A stretch of DNA of 64,000 bases from Eukaryota sp. GEM-RC1 (taxonomy: Eukaryota): positions 992,001-1,056,000 of the forward strand of contig JAUFOQ010000004.1 of NCBI GenBank assembly GCA_040285855.1, written 5' to 3'. Every line of letters begins with the position of its first letter. Within the stretch, counting starts at the first letter, position 1. A program made the position numbers and the translations under genes. This document shows, one piece after another, positions 1 to 13,290 of this stretch. The notes beneath the pieces were generated by a model. That model did not search any database and had not been told where the DNA came from. It saw nothing but the letters and a program-made list of their open reading frames with translations.

Positions 1-6
1 GCTCAT

Positions 7-1020
7 TTGAAGGAGATTCCTTTAAAAAATATTTCATCTCTACCGTCTGCTGTATGTAAGCTGCAAAATAGATTGACAAAGAGTTTGAACTCTTGGACTT
101 TAATAATCGTATTATCTTGGCTAAAACTAATAGTCCCGAGTTCGCTGCTTTTTTTAATTGATCTTTGTGATAGTGGACCTTCTGGATTTATTTCTCAAAT
201 TCCAAAGGTGTATGGATTACACCTGTCTGTTGAAGCTTGGATGATCAATATGCGTCTTCGTTTGGCTATTTGGCCTGCAAATTTATTAAACTATTCAACT
301 TGCTCTTGTGGAGCTAATGGTGTTTTTCGTCATTTAATTAATTGTCGTTATTTTATTCATCTACGTGCAATAATTCATGATGGTGTACGTGAATCTTGTT
401 ATTCCATGTTTAAAGCACATGGTTTTCACTCTAAAGTTGAACCAGTTTTGAATCATCTTTCAGATAATGAATTTACTGATCACAAAAGAGGGGATCTACA
501 TACTCCGTGGCTTAAATCGAGTCAATCATTAATGGATTTTGCTACAGTGGATGTATGTAACAAATCTTGTGTTAGTAGGATTTTAGATTCTTCTTTTAAC
601 CCGTTAACAGCTGCTGAAAAGCTCAAACACTCCAAGTATGATCTTCAAGTTGAAGAATTAAATAGAAACTCATATTCCAAATTTGTGTTTCGACTTTTTG
701 CTGTTTCTCTTTTTGGATCTATTAGTCCTGCTGGTGATCAATTTTTCAAGGATTTCGAAGAATTGTGTAAAGAAAAGAAGCGTAAGTTTAGAATGGTTGA
801 ATGGAAAAACCGTATTGTGTTTTCCATATATCGGATTATGCCTTTCTATTTCTCAAGATTAATTGAGAAATTGTACAAGTTTGGTGTGAAGGTTAATGTT
901 GATAAACGTAATCTTTTACCGGGTGGTGATGAAGTCGTTTGGATTTAATCTTAGTATTATTTGTTTGTTTTTACAATTTCATAGTTTGTAGGAAGGTTAC
1001 TTTATTGGGTGCCGAATAAA
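7..1020 (+). mobile_element. 3' part of CRE-like non-LTR retrotransposon (zinc finger + restriction-like endonuclease)
   Basis: ORF 7-948 has CSCG..HLINC zinc finger, HDGVR, KRGDL...DFATVD...AEKLKHSKY and FAVSLFG motifs typical of RLE-clade elements; T-rich tail and AATAAA at 1015-1020. Confidence 0.8.
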
Positions 1021-1924
1021 GCTTTGTTCTATGAGTGTTTCGTATATTTATCAGAATGACGTCTATTAGTCGAGATTTTGCCTTTTGATTTTGTTTCAAT
1101 TTTGATTTCGTCAAACTCATACTGTCTTTGTTGGTACTTGGAGTCAAGCAGACAACAGTATAGGCGTTTTGGAGGAGTAGATTACATTTGTGCTTCAGTT
1201 GTTGTGATTATCGTTGTGATTATCGTTGAGATTATCAATGAATTACCACATGTCATTATAGAACATCATTCACCTAAAATTTGCACCTCTTCTACTTGTT
1301 CTCCGACCAGCAATAACAAGTTAGACCAGGTATCCTTGGTTACTGCACTGGTCACAATCAATAGTCTCAGTAGAAAATTCTTTTCACTGGGACTGATTTA
1401 TGTCTTACTTCATTTTGGACCGTTTGGGGGCTAATATCGTCAAACGTAAAATAGTTCAAGTAAGACTAAGTGTTGTGACTAGTTTACAATGCACAAAATA
1501 GAAATGTTGTGTTCCAAGAAGAGGAAGGATCATTTCCTAAAGTAGTATCAGCATTATTAATAATCCTTAATTAATGTTTCATCTGTTTGCTTATCGACAT
1601 AAATTCAACTTCATGTGTTGGAGTTTTATTGTGTATTAGTAAATCATTTTTTATTACTTGTACTTTTGTATTTTCGTGTGTATTTTTGTATTATTGTATT
1701 TTTAGAACAGGTGTTGCTTGTTTTTGACAGCTACGTTTAAATATAAAAAAATTCTCACCATGACTGTTGCGAAAGTTGTCTTAAGTCGGGTTATTTTGTA
1801 TTTTCCTGTATTAACTGAATTTTCCAAGTACGGTCCAAATAGAGAAATTAAAATATAAAAATTTATTAAACTAAACACATCAGAAATTCGTCACGTGTGT
1901 TAAAGGTTCAAAAATCAATCATGA

Positions 1925-1977
1925 GCCATCAGATCTTTCCCGTGTCAGTGACATTGAAGGAAAGTCATCACATTGGC
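1925..1977 (-). promoter_or_regulatory. Type II SECIS element of the thioredoxin reductase
   Basis: Minus strand GCCA-AT-GTGAT-GACTTTCCTTC-AA-TGTC(ACT)GACA-C-GGGAAAGATC-TGAT-GGC: UGA/GA core, 11-nt arm to apical AA, apical mini-stem; outer stem TTCAAAAATCA/TGATTTTTGAA extends to 1907-1997; about 30 nt after the stop. Confidence 0.85.
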
Positions 1978-2008
1978 AATCAATCATGATTTTTGAAGTA
2001 GAGGTCTG

Positions 2009-2790
2009 TTAACCTCAGCAGGATGAAACCTTCACGGCAGCACCCTTTGGAGTAATTGTATTACAAATCTGTTCAGCTGCAGTAGGATGAATTCCAACAG
2101 TGGTATCCAACATTTTCTTAGTACCTTTAGCCTTAACAAACGAAGAGAACCCTTGAATCATCTCACCAGCACCACGTGGAGCTAACAAATGTATACCAAG
2201 TACACGGTCATCCAATACATTTACAATAACCTTACAATGACAAATAAAAGAATCTGGAAACAAAAGCCCAATAAGCAGGAGTCCAAGAAGAAGTGAAAAC
2301 AGCAACCTTATCACCAAAGACTTCCTTAGCTTTAGCCTCTGAGAGACCAACAAAGGAGTATTCTCTGGGAGCAAGGAACATGCAGGAAGCAATGTTCTGA
2401 TAGTCCATTCGATCAGTTGATCCTCCGTATAATCGATCAAGTAAGAGCTTAGTAGATTGAGTGGCTACAGGAGTCAATTCAGGGATTCCAAAGACAACAT
2501 CACCAACAGCGTAGATATTAGGAATAGTAGTTCGTTCATTAACACACTTAATCTTTCCATTCTTTTCAGGAACAATTCCCACCTTTTCCAAAGCAAGTTG
2601 ATCAGTGTTGGGGGTACGACCTGCAGCGTAAACAACAGTATCAAAAATGCCAGACTTTTGACCTTTAGGAGTGTTGAAGGTCGCGTGAAGGTCACCGTCC
2701 TTCTTCTCAATCTTTTCAATGGTAGTCTTCATCATAAAAACAACTCCTAGTAGATTCTCCATGTCCTGGGAGATTTGGTCAGCAATATCA
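2009..2790 (-). pseudogene. TXNRD: High-Mr selenocysteine thioredoxin reductase, C-terminal half only
   Basis: DTVVYAAGR, IYAVGDV..PELTPVA, GIHPTAAE motifs; ends TCC TGC TGA GGT TAA (S-C-U-G-stop; TGA at 2015-2017). One +1 shift in a T run near 2263. Homology stops near 2790; N-terminal CVNVGC half not seen in the window. Confidence 0.85.
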
Positions 2791-2863
2791 TCGTGTTGGA
2801 GCCAACACTCAACACGTGTTGAATATTTTCCAACACCGTATTGAACCAAACATAGGTTAACAC

Positions 2864-3535
2864 TCCATAATTGCACACTTTTTTCAGTACCTAATTAAAT
2901 GACGGGGGATGCAAATCAATTGCACACTCTGCACGTGCACACCAAAAGGGCGCAAAACAATTTCTAATTGCACGCATTGACCTCTTGTGTCTAAAAAAGT
3001 GAGTCAATATCCGCACAACAATGTGTTTTATTACGAGAACACTGCAGTGAATTACTCAAAAACACTTTACCATTAATAAAAACGCACTCCATTTTTGAAT
3101 TTGTCGCCCACATGTGTCATAAAGTGGGAGGCTTCTAGCTAAGTATATAAGTCTCAATGCAGTGATATATACCGCAATGGTCTTAACCCCGTAACAGATT
3201 TTATGAATAATAGTGTACAAATTGCAGATAACGGAATCCTCTTGTAACCATCAAAGACAATTGGTTTGACAGTCTTTGGATGTGCTTCAAGTGTTGTGAC
3301 TGTAAAACCAGTGTGAATTTACTCGACAAAAGTACAAGATTATCATTGTCACTGATTGAGTCAAGTGCGGAAAACTAAATGTTCGGTGAACAATATGTGT
3401 CTGTTTACTAAACGTAATCTAATTCTTCAGTTTTTCTCGATAAGAGAAACAAACTGTCTGACTTAAAGTGGTATTTCTAATTGCACCCTCTCTAAATATA
3501 CACAAAATGCGTGTACAAATTGTGTGCAATTATAG
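2864..3535. mobile_element. Putative non-autonomous TIR element next to the TrxR break
   Basis: Inverted ends ATAATTGCACAC / GTGTGCAATTAT with internal TTGCAC repeats; no clear TSD. Confidence 0.45.
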
Positions 3536-6500
3536 AAAGTTCACTGTACAAGCAACTTTGCATCTGAAGTTTAAGGGACCAGTGCTTACAAATTTAGGAG
3601 AAGGGATATTATCAGATTTGGAACGCCCATTGAATTGTAGATCAATAGAGAAATTAGCAACTCTTCCATCACGGTACAAAGCTCGAACTCTGAAGACACG
3701 ATGTGGTTGATGAGACCAAGGATGACGAAAACTATCTAGGTCAGTGATAAAAGGATCAAGAACAAGAACATTGTTTTCGGTTGAAGTCTACACTTGTCAA
3801 AGAACTCAGGACTATCGCAAGACCACAGAATGTCTTCAAATTCAATACAATCAAGAGCCCATAGAACTAGATTATCAAGATCCTTTGTCCCAGGAGAATT
3901 CACGTTAATTTGAGTTGAAAACGGTACAGCATTGTCTTGGAGCTGATCAATGCCTTCTTGAACTTGATGGTCAAAGTCTGGTTTTGGGGCATTATTACAA
4001 GAAGGAGAGTGAACAAGAAGAATTGCTATAAGAACAACTAGGAGTGATAAACTGATAACTAGAAGAATCATGATACAATGATTATAAGTGTTATGTCTGA
4101 CAGAAGGTTCCAAAGACGTGTTGGTGACACTCTGAAGCAAGGAATCAGGTTGGGAGGAGTAGCGTTTACATGTTCCTCTTCAGATGAAGAATATGAATCA
4201 GCAACATCATCATCTACGTTGTCTTCGAAGATAGAACCGTTTAGGGATGTATTGGGAGGACTATCATCAATTAGTAGTTTATCCATTAGACAGAGAATTC
4301 TATAATTTTTAAAACAGAGACACCACAATAGAATCGTTTAATAAACACCAAGTGTACACGTCATTGATGAGCTCGGGCTAAATAATTATGATGCAAATCT
4401 AGTTAATTAAACAGAATTGCTTCTTCTTCTTTTTCCTGGACTGCGTTACAATGCTACTGGTGTCAGATTTGGCCTGCTGTCCTGACTAAAGATGATAATT
4501 ATTGAAGCACGAATAGACTTGAATTGAGATCTCGGTTGTTTGTGTTGAGACATGAACATTGCATATGCTCACTGAACAATGTGTATCATTTCAAAAGGAT
4601 TCGCTCATGTTTGTTGCAACTGACGGAGGGTATCTTGTTAACACCGCAAACTGGGTGATCTTTCAGGTGTTATAATAGAATTCTGCGGCTTTTTGGCCCA
4701 TTCGCTTAAGTTTTGAAGATTCTTGGAGTTTGTCATTATTTCATCACCAGCTTGGACCTCGTATCTTGGGGGGAAATCCTCAATGTGATTTCGCTCCATC
4801 CTATTGATGTTATTTTATTGTAATGGTGGAAGAAATTTCCATCACCTTCAGGATTATATTCTATGAACAGTCAAAATGTTGCATACTTAAACAAGTTGTA
4901 CCATTTGCAAATGTTGTTGTTTACTACTTAAAGCCATACTATTAAAGGCCGATACTTTGAATTTTTGATTAATTTTGAGTCTTCTTTTAAGCTCCTTCTG
5001 TGAAGATTCTTCACCAGTATTCTGTTTGTTCCCGTCAAACAATTCAAAAACCATGAAGATTCTTGCAGTTTATTGAATTTCAAAAAGAGTTAGTTGAACT
5101 TGTCATAGTTGTTGTCCGATCAAAATCTGTTACTTTCAAAAATTCAATTTAAGCTCACAACTTGTTCCTTCAGATTCACTGTGAGGTGTCATGAAATAGA
5201 GAATAGTCAATGTGATAAGGTGATTGACTTTGAGCAGCCAAATTGGTAAAGAGTTTTGTAGATTGAGGGCAACACATGGACCAACTTTTGTTGGGGAACA
5301 CCATCGACGGAACCACAATGTAATGTCAGGTTTGTAATCTCAAATTTAAAAATTGGATTTCAAATCCAGAATCTGACATCGTTCAAGCAAATATGAAAAC
5401 ATTTCAAATTCATAGAAAAGACTGAGTATTTCAGGTTGCGTGGCTACTAAAAAAGTCAATGAAAAACTGAATGATTGTACTGTAGCTTCAGTGTCAAAGT
5501 AGCAGCAATGAGAGTCGGGAGATGGTGGAGTAAAACAGTCCCAAGAAAAGTAGAATGAAGAAGCAATAGACCCGGTCTCTAAGTCAATTAAAGTAAAAGC
5601 AATTGACACAGGATAGTTTTGAGAAGCATAGTGGGAAAGCGCAGTCATTTGCAATAGTGCACTTATCCCTTGTAGCTCAGTCAAAGAATGGTCTCCACTA
5701 GTAGGAGCTCACAGCTTGTTTCTTCAGATTCACTGTGAGGTTTCATGAAACTGAGAAAGGTCGATATTCATTAAGTGATTGATTTTGTTCATCACTTTCT
5801 TGGATTCCGTTTTTCTTTTGATTTATAGTTCAAATCTGATTTTGGAATCAGTTTTTGAACTACAAGTTCTAGCTGCTGAAAACGTGGAAACAAGATAGAA
5901 GAATCCTTCAGAAACTCTAAATTAGTGGGACTCTTGGTGTGATTTTCAAACCTGTAATTACACTAGAATAAATGAGAAACCCGATCACTGGAAAGGAACC
6001 ATCAAAAGCGTTGAAGAAAACTGTGTTTTGAAACTTCTTCTAAGTTGATATAACAGTCGTGTACAAGTCCAACCGCGAAAATTTTTCTGTTCATCTACAA
6101 CAAGTAAATGCCACTTGTACATGTAGGTCATGAATAACATTGACATTGCAACAGTAAATATTGTGTATAAAATATCAAAGAGAAACGTGCAATTAGAAAG
6201 AATGCCTTCGTGTATCCGTGAGGGCTTGTTGATTCATTGTAGTTGTAGTTGATGGAAGAGAATTGTTGTGTTGTACTGGAAGTCATATTGAAACACATTT
6301 GTGTCATTTATCACAGTAACAATAGAGATACGTTATTGAAACAATTTGTATAATACCAATGACTAGATTTGGTTGATTGTCAGAATTATAACACACAATA
6401 TGTACAGGATTAGTGTGAATCTTACTCTTTAACACTCAATTACATGATTATCGTGGAGTTTACAGAACCTTAGAAGTTGACATTTTGAATCTATAGTATG

Positions 6501-7471
6501 GGGAAGTTCAGTGCATCCTAAGTGAGAATTCATATATACATCAAAACGGTATCATAATATATTAATTGTTCAGAAATAGCGAGTGTTAGACAGTGATAGT
6601 CTTTCGTTCCCGAACTGTTTGTTTAGTATCGACGATCGTTCAATTCATTCTTTCGGTTTCTGTTTTCAATATTAAATTATCGGAGTATGCATTGTAATTG
6701 TGAACAGAGTGTATGTCATAAATGTTTCCGTTTTTTCCTCCCCAAATGTCTTTCAGGACAGTAGAAATATTATAAATACGGTAATTTTTTTTCAAGTTCA
6801 ACTTTTAATTGTGCTGAATCCATAAATAGTGTTTAGCCTCATCATTACATTACATTAACACACATACGTATAAAACATTATAAAACGAATATGTATGAAA
6901 AAATTATTCAATTACAAGCACATGTTTCATTGTTACGTCAAAATCGACATCAAGTAGAATATGATACGCAGTTCTAAAATACACACTTTACTTGACGCTA
7001 ATTTATTGACGCTACATGGAACATCACGATTACAGGATCCCAGACGTTCTAGCGTGGTTTGATATGAAATGATGACCTCATATGAATGCTGTTGGAAACA
7101 CAGTACTAGTAGAGATTCAGGAAATAGCTCCCGACCGTAAGTCAGCAATTGGAAACAAAAGATGATGACGATAGTTGGTTAAAGAAAGTGTAGTTTGGAA
7201 ATCAATAATGGAAATCGAAAAAATTAATGTTTCCATATACTACTAGTACTACTAGTAGTAGTAGCTTTCACACATGTTAAGTTTAAAACTTTTTCTAGAA
7301 TCTCAAAGAACTGAAAAAGACGAAGAAGAAAATCTTTATACTAATAGTTACAGAGAAAGAGGACATATTAAAAGTCTGAATTAAGAACGTGATATAATTT
7401 GATTAAACCATCATATGCAATTGAAATTGGATAAAAATTGAATCAACTGCAAAATCTAAACAAGGTCAACC

Positions 7472-9021
7472 CTACTTACTTCCAAATTCGTCAGCCCAAG
7501 TCTGATGCCTCGAAATGTCTTTCTGATCAACAGAAGGTCTAATTCGCTCCAGACAATTAGAGAAATCAGCCATATGAATAGTATCTACCTTATCCTTGTC
7601 AAGATGTTGAATTTCTTCTACTGACAGTCCTTCTATAGCCTTTCTAATAACTGAAAACGATGCATCTCTGCAAATATTTACAATATCAGCCCCTGAATAA
7701 CCATCAGTGAGCTCTACTAATCGACCAATGTCCACGTCATCAGACAACTTCTGATCAGCCAACGAATGAGTCAACAACTGTTTCCTTCCATTAACATCTG
7801 GTAGTGGAATATAAACCCTCTTTTCAAGTCTTCTCCTCAAAGCTTCGTCCAAATCCCAAGGAAAGTTAGTAGCTGCCAATACCATTACATTCTTAACTTC
7901 CTTTGGAGTATCTGTTTTGTTCTGACCGTCATCTTCAGACTCTTCTGGTTCCCCTTGATCGTTAGTGATCCCTTCCATCATAATCAGGAGTTGACTTTTG
8001 ATCCTTCTGCTTGCGTCGTGTTCACCAGACTTACCTCTCATACTGAATACAGCGTCAATCTCATCAATGAATACTATAGAAGGAGCATAGAAACGAGCCA
8101 TTTCAAAGAGAACTTGCACCATTTTCTCGGATTCACCTAAGTACTTATTAACTAGAGTCGCAGCTGAAACAGAAAAGAAAGTGCTATTGCATTCATTTGC
8201 CACAGCCTTTGCCAACAGAGTCTTACCAGTTCCTGGAGGTCCGTGCAGTAGAATTCCCTTCCACGGCCTCCTTAAACCAGTAAAAAAGTCTGGTCTTAGT
8301 CTAGGTAAGACAACTGCTTCATGAAGAACTCTCTTGGCGTCTTCTAAACCAGCAATGTCTGACCATTTGACATTAAGTCCTCGGTCAATCATCTCCCCTT
8401 TCTATACGCTCAGCCAATGAGTTGTCATCACATTTAAAAACTTTCTCTTTATCAGCTGATCGTTCTTTTGATTTCCTGCTAAGTTGAGGAACAGCAGGTT
8501 TCCGATTACGAGAAGGATTGGAAAGATTCCTTTTCGGTGGCGTGTAGTGACGTTGCCGTTCCTTCCTGAACATCTTTAATGGGATCTTTATGGGGTTCTC
8601 TATGAATGTCCCTACGAGGTTCTCTACGAATAGGGTTAGGTTCCTTGCTAACACGGTTACGTATCCTATCAGGAATAGGACGGAAGGGAGCAGGTGGGTC
8701 ACGGTTAAGAAGGTGGTCTGAGGGAGGGTCATAATCAGTATCAAAGGAAGGAGCTGAGATTTGTTTTCGAGGAGTAGCGGGAGAAGAAGGAGAAAACTTG
8801 GCGAGTTCTTCTTTAAGACAGTCAACGAGATCCTTTTCACTTTTGATAGCACCAGATGCGGCTTTGAAGCGAGCGAGTTGATCCTGGTCTGGGGGAGAAG
8901 AAAGGAATAAATCAAGTTGATTTAGGACTCCGGAATAGCAGATGGTACTGGCTTCGTAATCACCAAGTAGGGCACGATCTCTTGCAAGTTTGAGATTGTC
9001 AGATAATCCAACGAGAGACAT
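7472..9021 (-). CDS. KATNA1: Katanin p60 AAA ATPase
   Basis: N-terminal MIT-like KLARDRALLGDY; GPPGTGKT, IVFIDEID, AATNFPWDLDEALRRRLEKR. Three ORFs joined by a candidate 31-nt intron 8479-8509 (or a 1-nt indel) and an extra G in AGGGGAG near 8396. Confidence 0.93.
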
Positions 9022-9962
9022 TAGGGTAGAAATGTCAGATAATACGAAGAGTAAAGTCTCTAAATGATCAGCACAATGCAGAGCAGAAGTTCACATGTTT
9101 CTCTATCATATTCTTCTACAATATTCATCATTACGCTGAATATCCGTCCTTTTTGGTTAGTGGATATATCTTGTCTGGGATTTTTGAAAAACAACTGTTT
9201 CTCATCGTTGCCCCTGTTGATTTTGCAGCTCGACTTTATGACATCGAACGCTAGTCCCATTTTCATCGATCAGCAGCATCTGATAGTGGTACTTCTCGAA
9301 TATAGGTACTTCTTTGTGGCCAACATTCTTGTTGGTGCTTGACTGAAAACTGCTTGCTTTCAATCTCTAATCACGTGATTCCCTGGACCTTCAAACCTCT
9401 CTCTGACCTAATCAATCCATCTGGATTCAAACCTTAATCACCAAATACTATATAAAAAGCTTATGAAGAATTCTGCCAACTAGTAATCACATCTTTCATC
9501 AGTTTTCTCGAGTCGTAGAAAGTTACCAAAACCTTCAACGTTTTTGTTTCTGTGCTCACCATTATTGACCAGTTGAGAAACATATCTCGTTTGATCACCG
9601 CATTCTTCCTAAACATCGTCAATGTGAAGTTCAATTCATGATTGTGACGAATATCTCCTTCCCAATGAGAAATCTTCCAACTGAGGTCATAATAGTTAGT
9701 CTTTTAAGTTTGGATATTTGATTAGTGTTACGATAATCCTCACCTATCACCGTATTATATCACTATCACGTGATCACTGTAGTTATAGACCTTCAAAACT
9801 TCTTTTTGAACAAAATTTCATCAATACTTCTCAAAACATACTTCTTTTGCCACGTGTCGTTATAGCCTAAGTATCTTAGTACGACTCTTGTTTAGATAAC
9901 ATTTTTTATTCGATTCAACTTTTTTTAATAGTTCTAATCAGTAGCGAAAGAAAGTTTCACTA

Positions 9963-11564
9963 CAGTCAAACCTCTATAATTTCTCCCCCTCTATAATTTC
10001 TCGGTCCCAAACATCCTGAACTTTGGGATGACTTGTGACTATGTTTACCACGACATTGTGTATCCATATACATCATAGAGTCACAGTGAAAGTTTTGTTT
10101 GATCACTTTTTTCTCAAAATAAACATCGCGTACAACTGTTGTATCAGCTTCAACATATGACATCCTCATCGTGTGTGTAGCTTTGTCACAAACAACCGAT
10201 AACATCGAATCTTCAGCCAACCTTAGTCAACTATGTCTTCTATATCCTTCATGACATCATTGTGTAATGCTCAAGTACATGTAGTGTTTTGTTTCGTTAT
10301 ACATGACCCTTATACATAAATTTTGTCAACATAGATTTTGCCTGCATCATTCATCTCTATCATATGACCAAAAACAGCTCTTTATCTCTTCAGCAGAAGA
10401 GATCACTTTGCTTTTATTCTGCTCAAGAACCAAACCCTACTACTTATCAACTGATTCAATGGGTACTTGACACCTATGGCTTCAAACTACATCGAACAAC
10501 TGTTGGAAAGATTCTCAAATCCTGTGATCACTTACGTGACGATTCTCTTTTCTCTTCAAGTGGTGTTAGAAAGCGTATCAGACCAGTGAAATTTCCAGCG
10601 TTTGACGCTTCTTTATACGAATGGTTTATGACATTTCAAGACCGAATTGTGACTGATGCTGTTATTCTTGACAAAGCAACAACATTTCGCATCAGTTTTA
10701 ACATTTCTGATGAAGAACTGAAATTAACCAACGGCTGGTTGGAGAAATTTAAGAAAAGATACAATATTCAATCCTTAAGAATAAGCGGAGAAGCGGCTTC
10801 TGCTGATAAGACAGGAGTTTTAGATGATTCAGAAGTAGGACAAAGTAGATTCATAAATAGATTTATTGTATAAAACTATCTAGTGTTGCACGAAACGTTT
10901 CGGCGTTTCCAACGTTTCCGTTTCCGAGACGTTTCAGAAACGTTAATGACTCACAGGAAACGCATCCAAAACGTGAATAAACGTTTCCAAAACTTGATGA
11001 TTCCCGTAAATTTGTTGAAAAGTATGTTCCGTTTATTGAACTTTAATACTCTTTATATGAATGTTACCAATAAAATTGGATGCACAGTAGCACACCTCTA
11101 AAACGAAAACACTTACAGGCATAACTGTAGTTTGTGATCCAATTTTCTCTCTCAATTTCATAACATTGAGAAGTACAATCCATAACAACATGTATAACAC
11201 CTGCACGTACAACAAAGAACTGATAAAAATCAATTATACCAGTTAAACGGAATTTTTTCGAAGACAGAATGTTGGTGGAGAAAAATTGAGATGTAGAACC
11301 ATAAAATGACGTTTCGGAAACGGAAACGCGATTCCGAAACGTAAACGCGTTTCCACAAGAATTTTCACACGTTTCGTGCAACACTAAAACTATCTGTGTT
11401 GGGCATGTAGGAAAAGCTATTGCTGATGAAGAAGAAACACAGTTACTGATGGAAGGCTTTGTGATGGAAGAGCGAAAACACGTCCAACAAGCGTGTTTTT
11501 CCATAATTTCTCACCCTCTATAATTCCTCGGTCCCAAAGGTGAGAAATTATAGAGGTTTGACTG
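9963..11564 (+). mobile_element. pogo/Tigger deletion derivative
   Basis: TIRs CAGTCAAACCTCTATAATTTCTC / GAGAAATTATAGAGGTTTGACTG flanked by TA; ORF 10364-10873 encodes CENP-B-type HTH (GWLEKFKKRYNI...GEAASAD); no DDE domain seen. Confidence 0.9.
10881..11386. mobile_element. hAT-type MITE nested in the Tigger element
   Basis: TIR TAGTGTTGCACGAAACG / CGTTTCGTGCAACACTA; perfect 8-bp TSD AAACTATC. Confidence 0.92.
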
Positions 11565-12314
11565 TACTAAGAATTCACAATTACCCAACTCCAACAGTTC
11601 TAAATCTGATATTCTACTATTAGATAGATATATGAGATGTGCTATCAGGCTTTGTTCGACTATCAATCATTAGTGATTTGAAATCACAAATGAAATTTCA
11701 TTTAATGCTACTGAGATAAAAACACTAATCTTCTTCTTCTTGGGCATCAGCATTTAGAATATAGTATTGGAATACTGCACTGGGATGTTACTAAATACTT
11801 CGACAAAATCATGAAATTTGTCCTTTAAGTATTGAGAGCTGTTTTGTGGGCTATATCAATATCTGTCAACGCTTTTTCAACCCTACTGGATTTGGAACCC
11901 AATGCAATCGACCTTCAGTTTCTGGACGGTACATGTGTTTTATTGATACCTAGTGTTCTGTATTTTTCCAATGATGATTGGTATTTTTCCTGTTTTTGTA
12001 ACAAAATCTTCAAAAGTTTCGATATCACTGGACTTGTATACCAATTCCAATATACAAAGATTTCCCATTGAAATAAGAAAATGGTACCACCTATTTAGAC
12101 TGGAAAAAGACTCATTGTATTCCATATCATCTCGGATCGTATTAACAGTGAAGTCGTTCTTAATTGATTTGAAAATCAAATGGCTGGGCATATGATTTTT
12201 GGTATTGGTATATATTACCGTTGAAAAATGTTTGAGATCATGTTGGCAATGGTCATTTAGTTCTTCGACATATCGTAAGAAGATCGTAAGTGGACTTAAA
12301 TGTATGGATACGAT

Positions 12315-13290
12315 CTAATTTTGCTTGATCAGTTTCATATGAAATAGAAGTATCGGGAATGAAGAGCTCCGGCTTTTCATTTGAGACAGTAAATAATGCT
12401 TGTATATGTTGAAATTCTTTTTCCACCAGTCTGTTGCTTCAGTTTCAACAGTTTCTTCCATGGTGTATCTTAACACTTCGGTCTGAGCACTCGCTTTTTC
12501 TTCAGAAGTTTTAACAGTTCGTCGTTTACCTAATGCGGTTTTCATTAGCCCTGTTTGGGGTTTTTCCTTCTCTTTAGGCTTGTTCTCCTCGTCAGGCTTC
12601 ATTTTTTTGGCGGCTTCTTCCTTACATTTCAATTGCGTTTTCAATTGTTCCAGAAAACATTTGTTTTCCAATTCGCTCAATGCTGAGTGATTCAACTTAA
12701 TGCGAGGATCCAAGAACGTGGCTAAAATGTTTTCGAATCTCCAGAAATCATCAATAATATCATTAAGCAGGTTATCTCCTACATAATGGAGATAATCCTT
12801 TTTTATTCTATCAAGTGATCACCTTGATCACGTGATCACTTCAAGTAGTCAAGAACAGTAGTTACTTATCCCTCATTAACCGAATGAGGGATAAGAAGAG
12901 GTGGAAAACTCCTTTGTTGCTCAAAAATCTATCGAAAAAAGGATTCAAAAGGTCCAGGAAAACTTCGATATCAGAGTAATCAGAAATTTTTAAATCATTC
13001 AAAGTTTCTGCACCAACACGTGTTCGTTCAAGCACAATGCTCAATTCCACGTACCTTTTGATCGTTAAGTAATTAGAATTCCATCTAATTTCTACATCAA
13101 CTGGAATTGTATTGGTACGATTTAAATCTTCAGCTAAGAACATCGTTCGAAAAGCTTCCACGATAATCGATGAGGTGTGAAGTTCTTCGCAAAAGTCCGA
13201 AGTTTTGGAATCGAGTCATTTTTGAATTTAAAACCTCAATTCCTGCTTTAACAATTAAATTAAGAGTATGCGGAACACAACCTCTATGAA
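12315..13290 (-). mobile_element. Degraded hAT transposase
   Basis: CVPHTLNLIVKAG, DVEIRWNSNY, ATFLDPRIK and DWWKKN fragments across frames. Confidence 0.8.

Noticed and set aside
3736..4328. Membrane-protein-like ORFs
   Set aside because: Fragmented with no recognisable family; possibly retroelement debris, not supportable.
10883..11504. ORFs 10883-11101, 11033-11233, 11064-11504
   Set aside because: Chance translation of MITE subterminal repeats.
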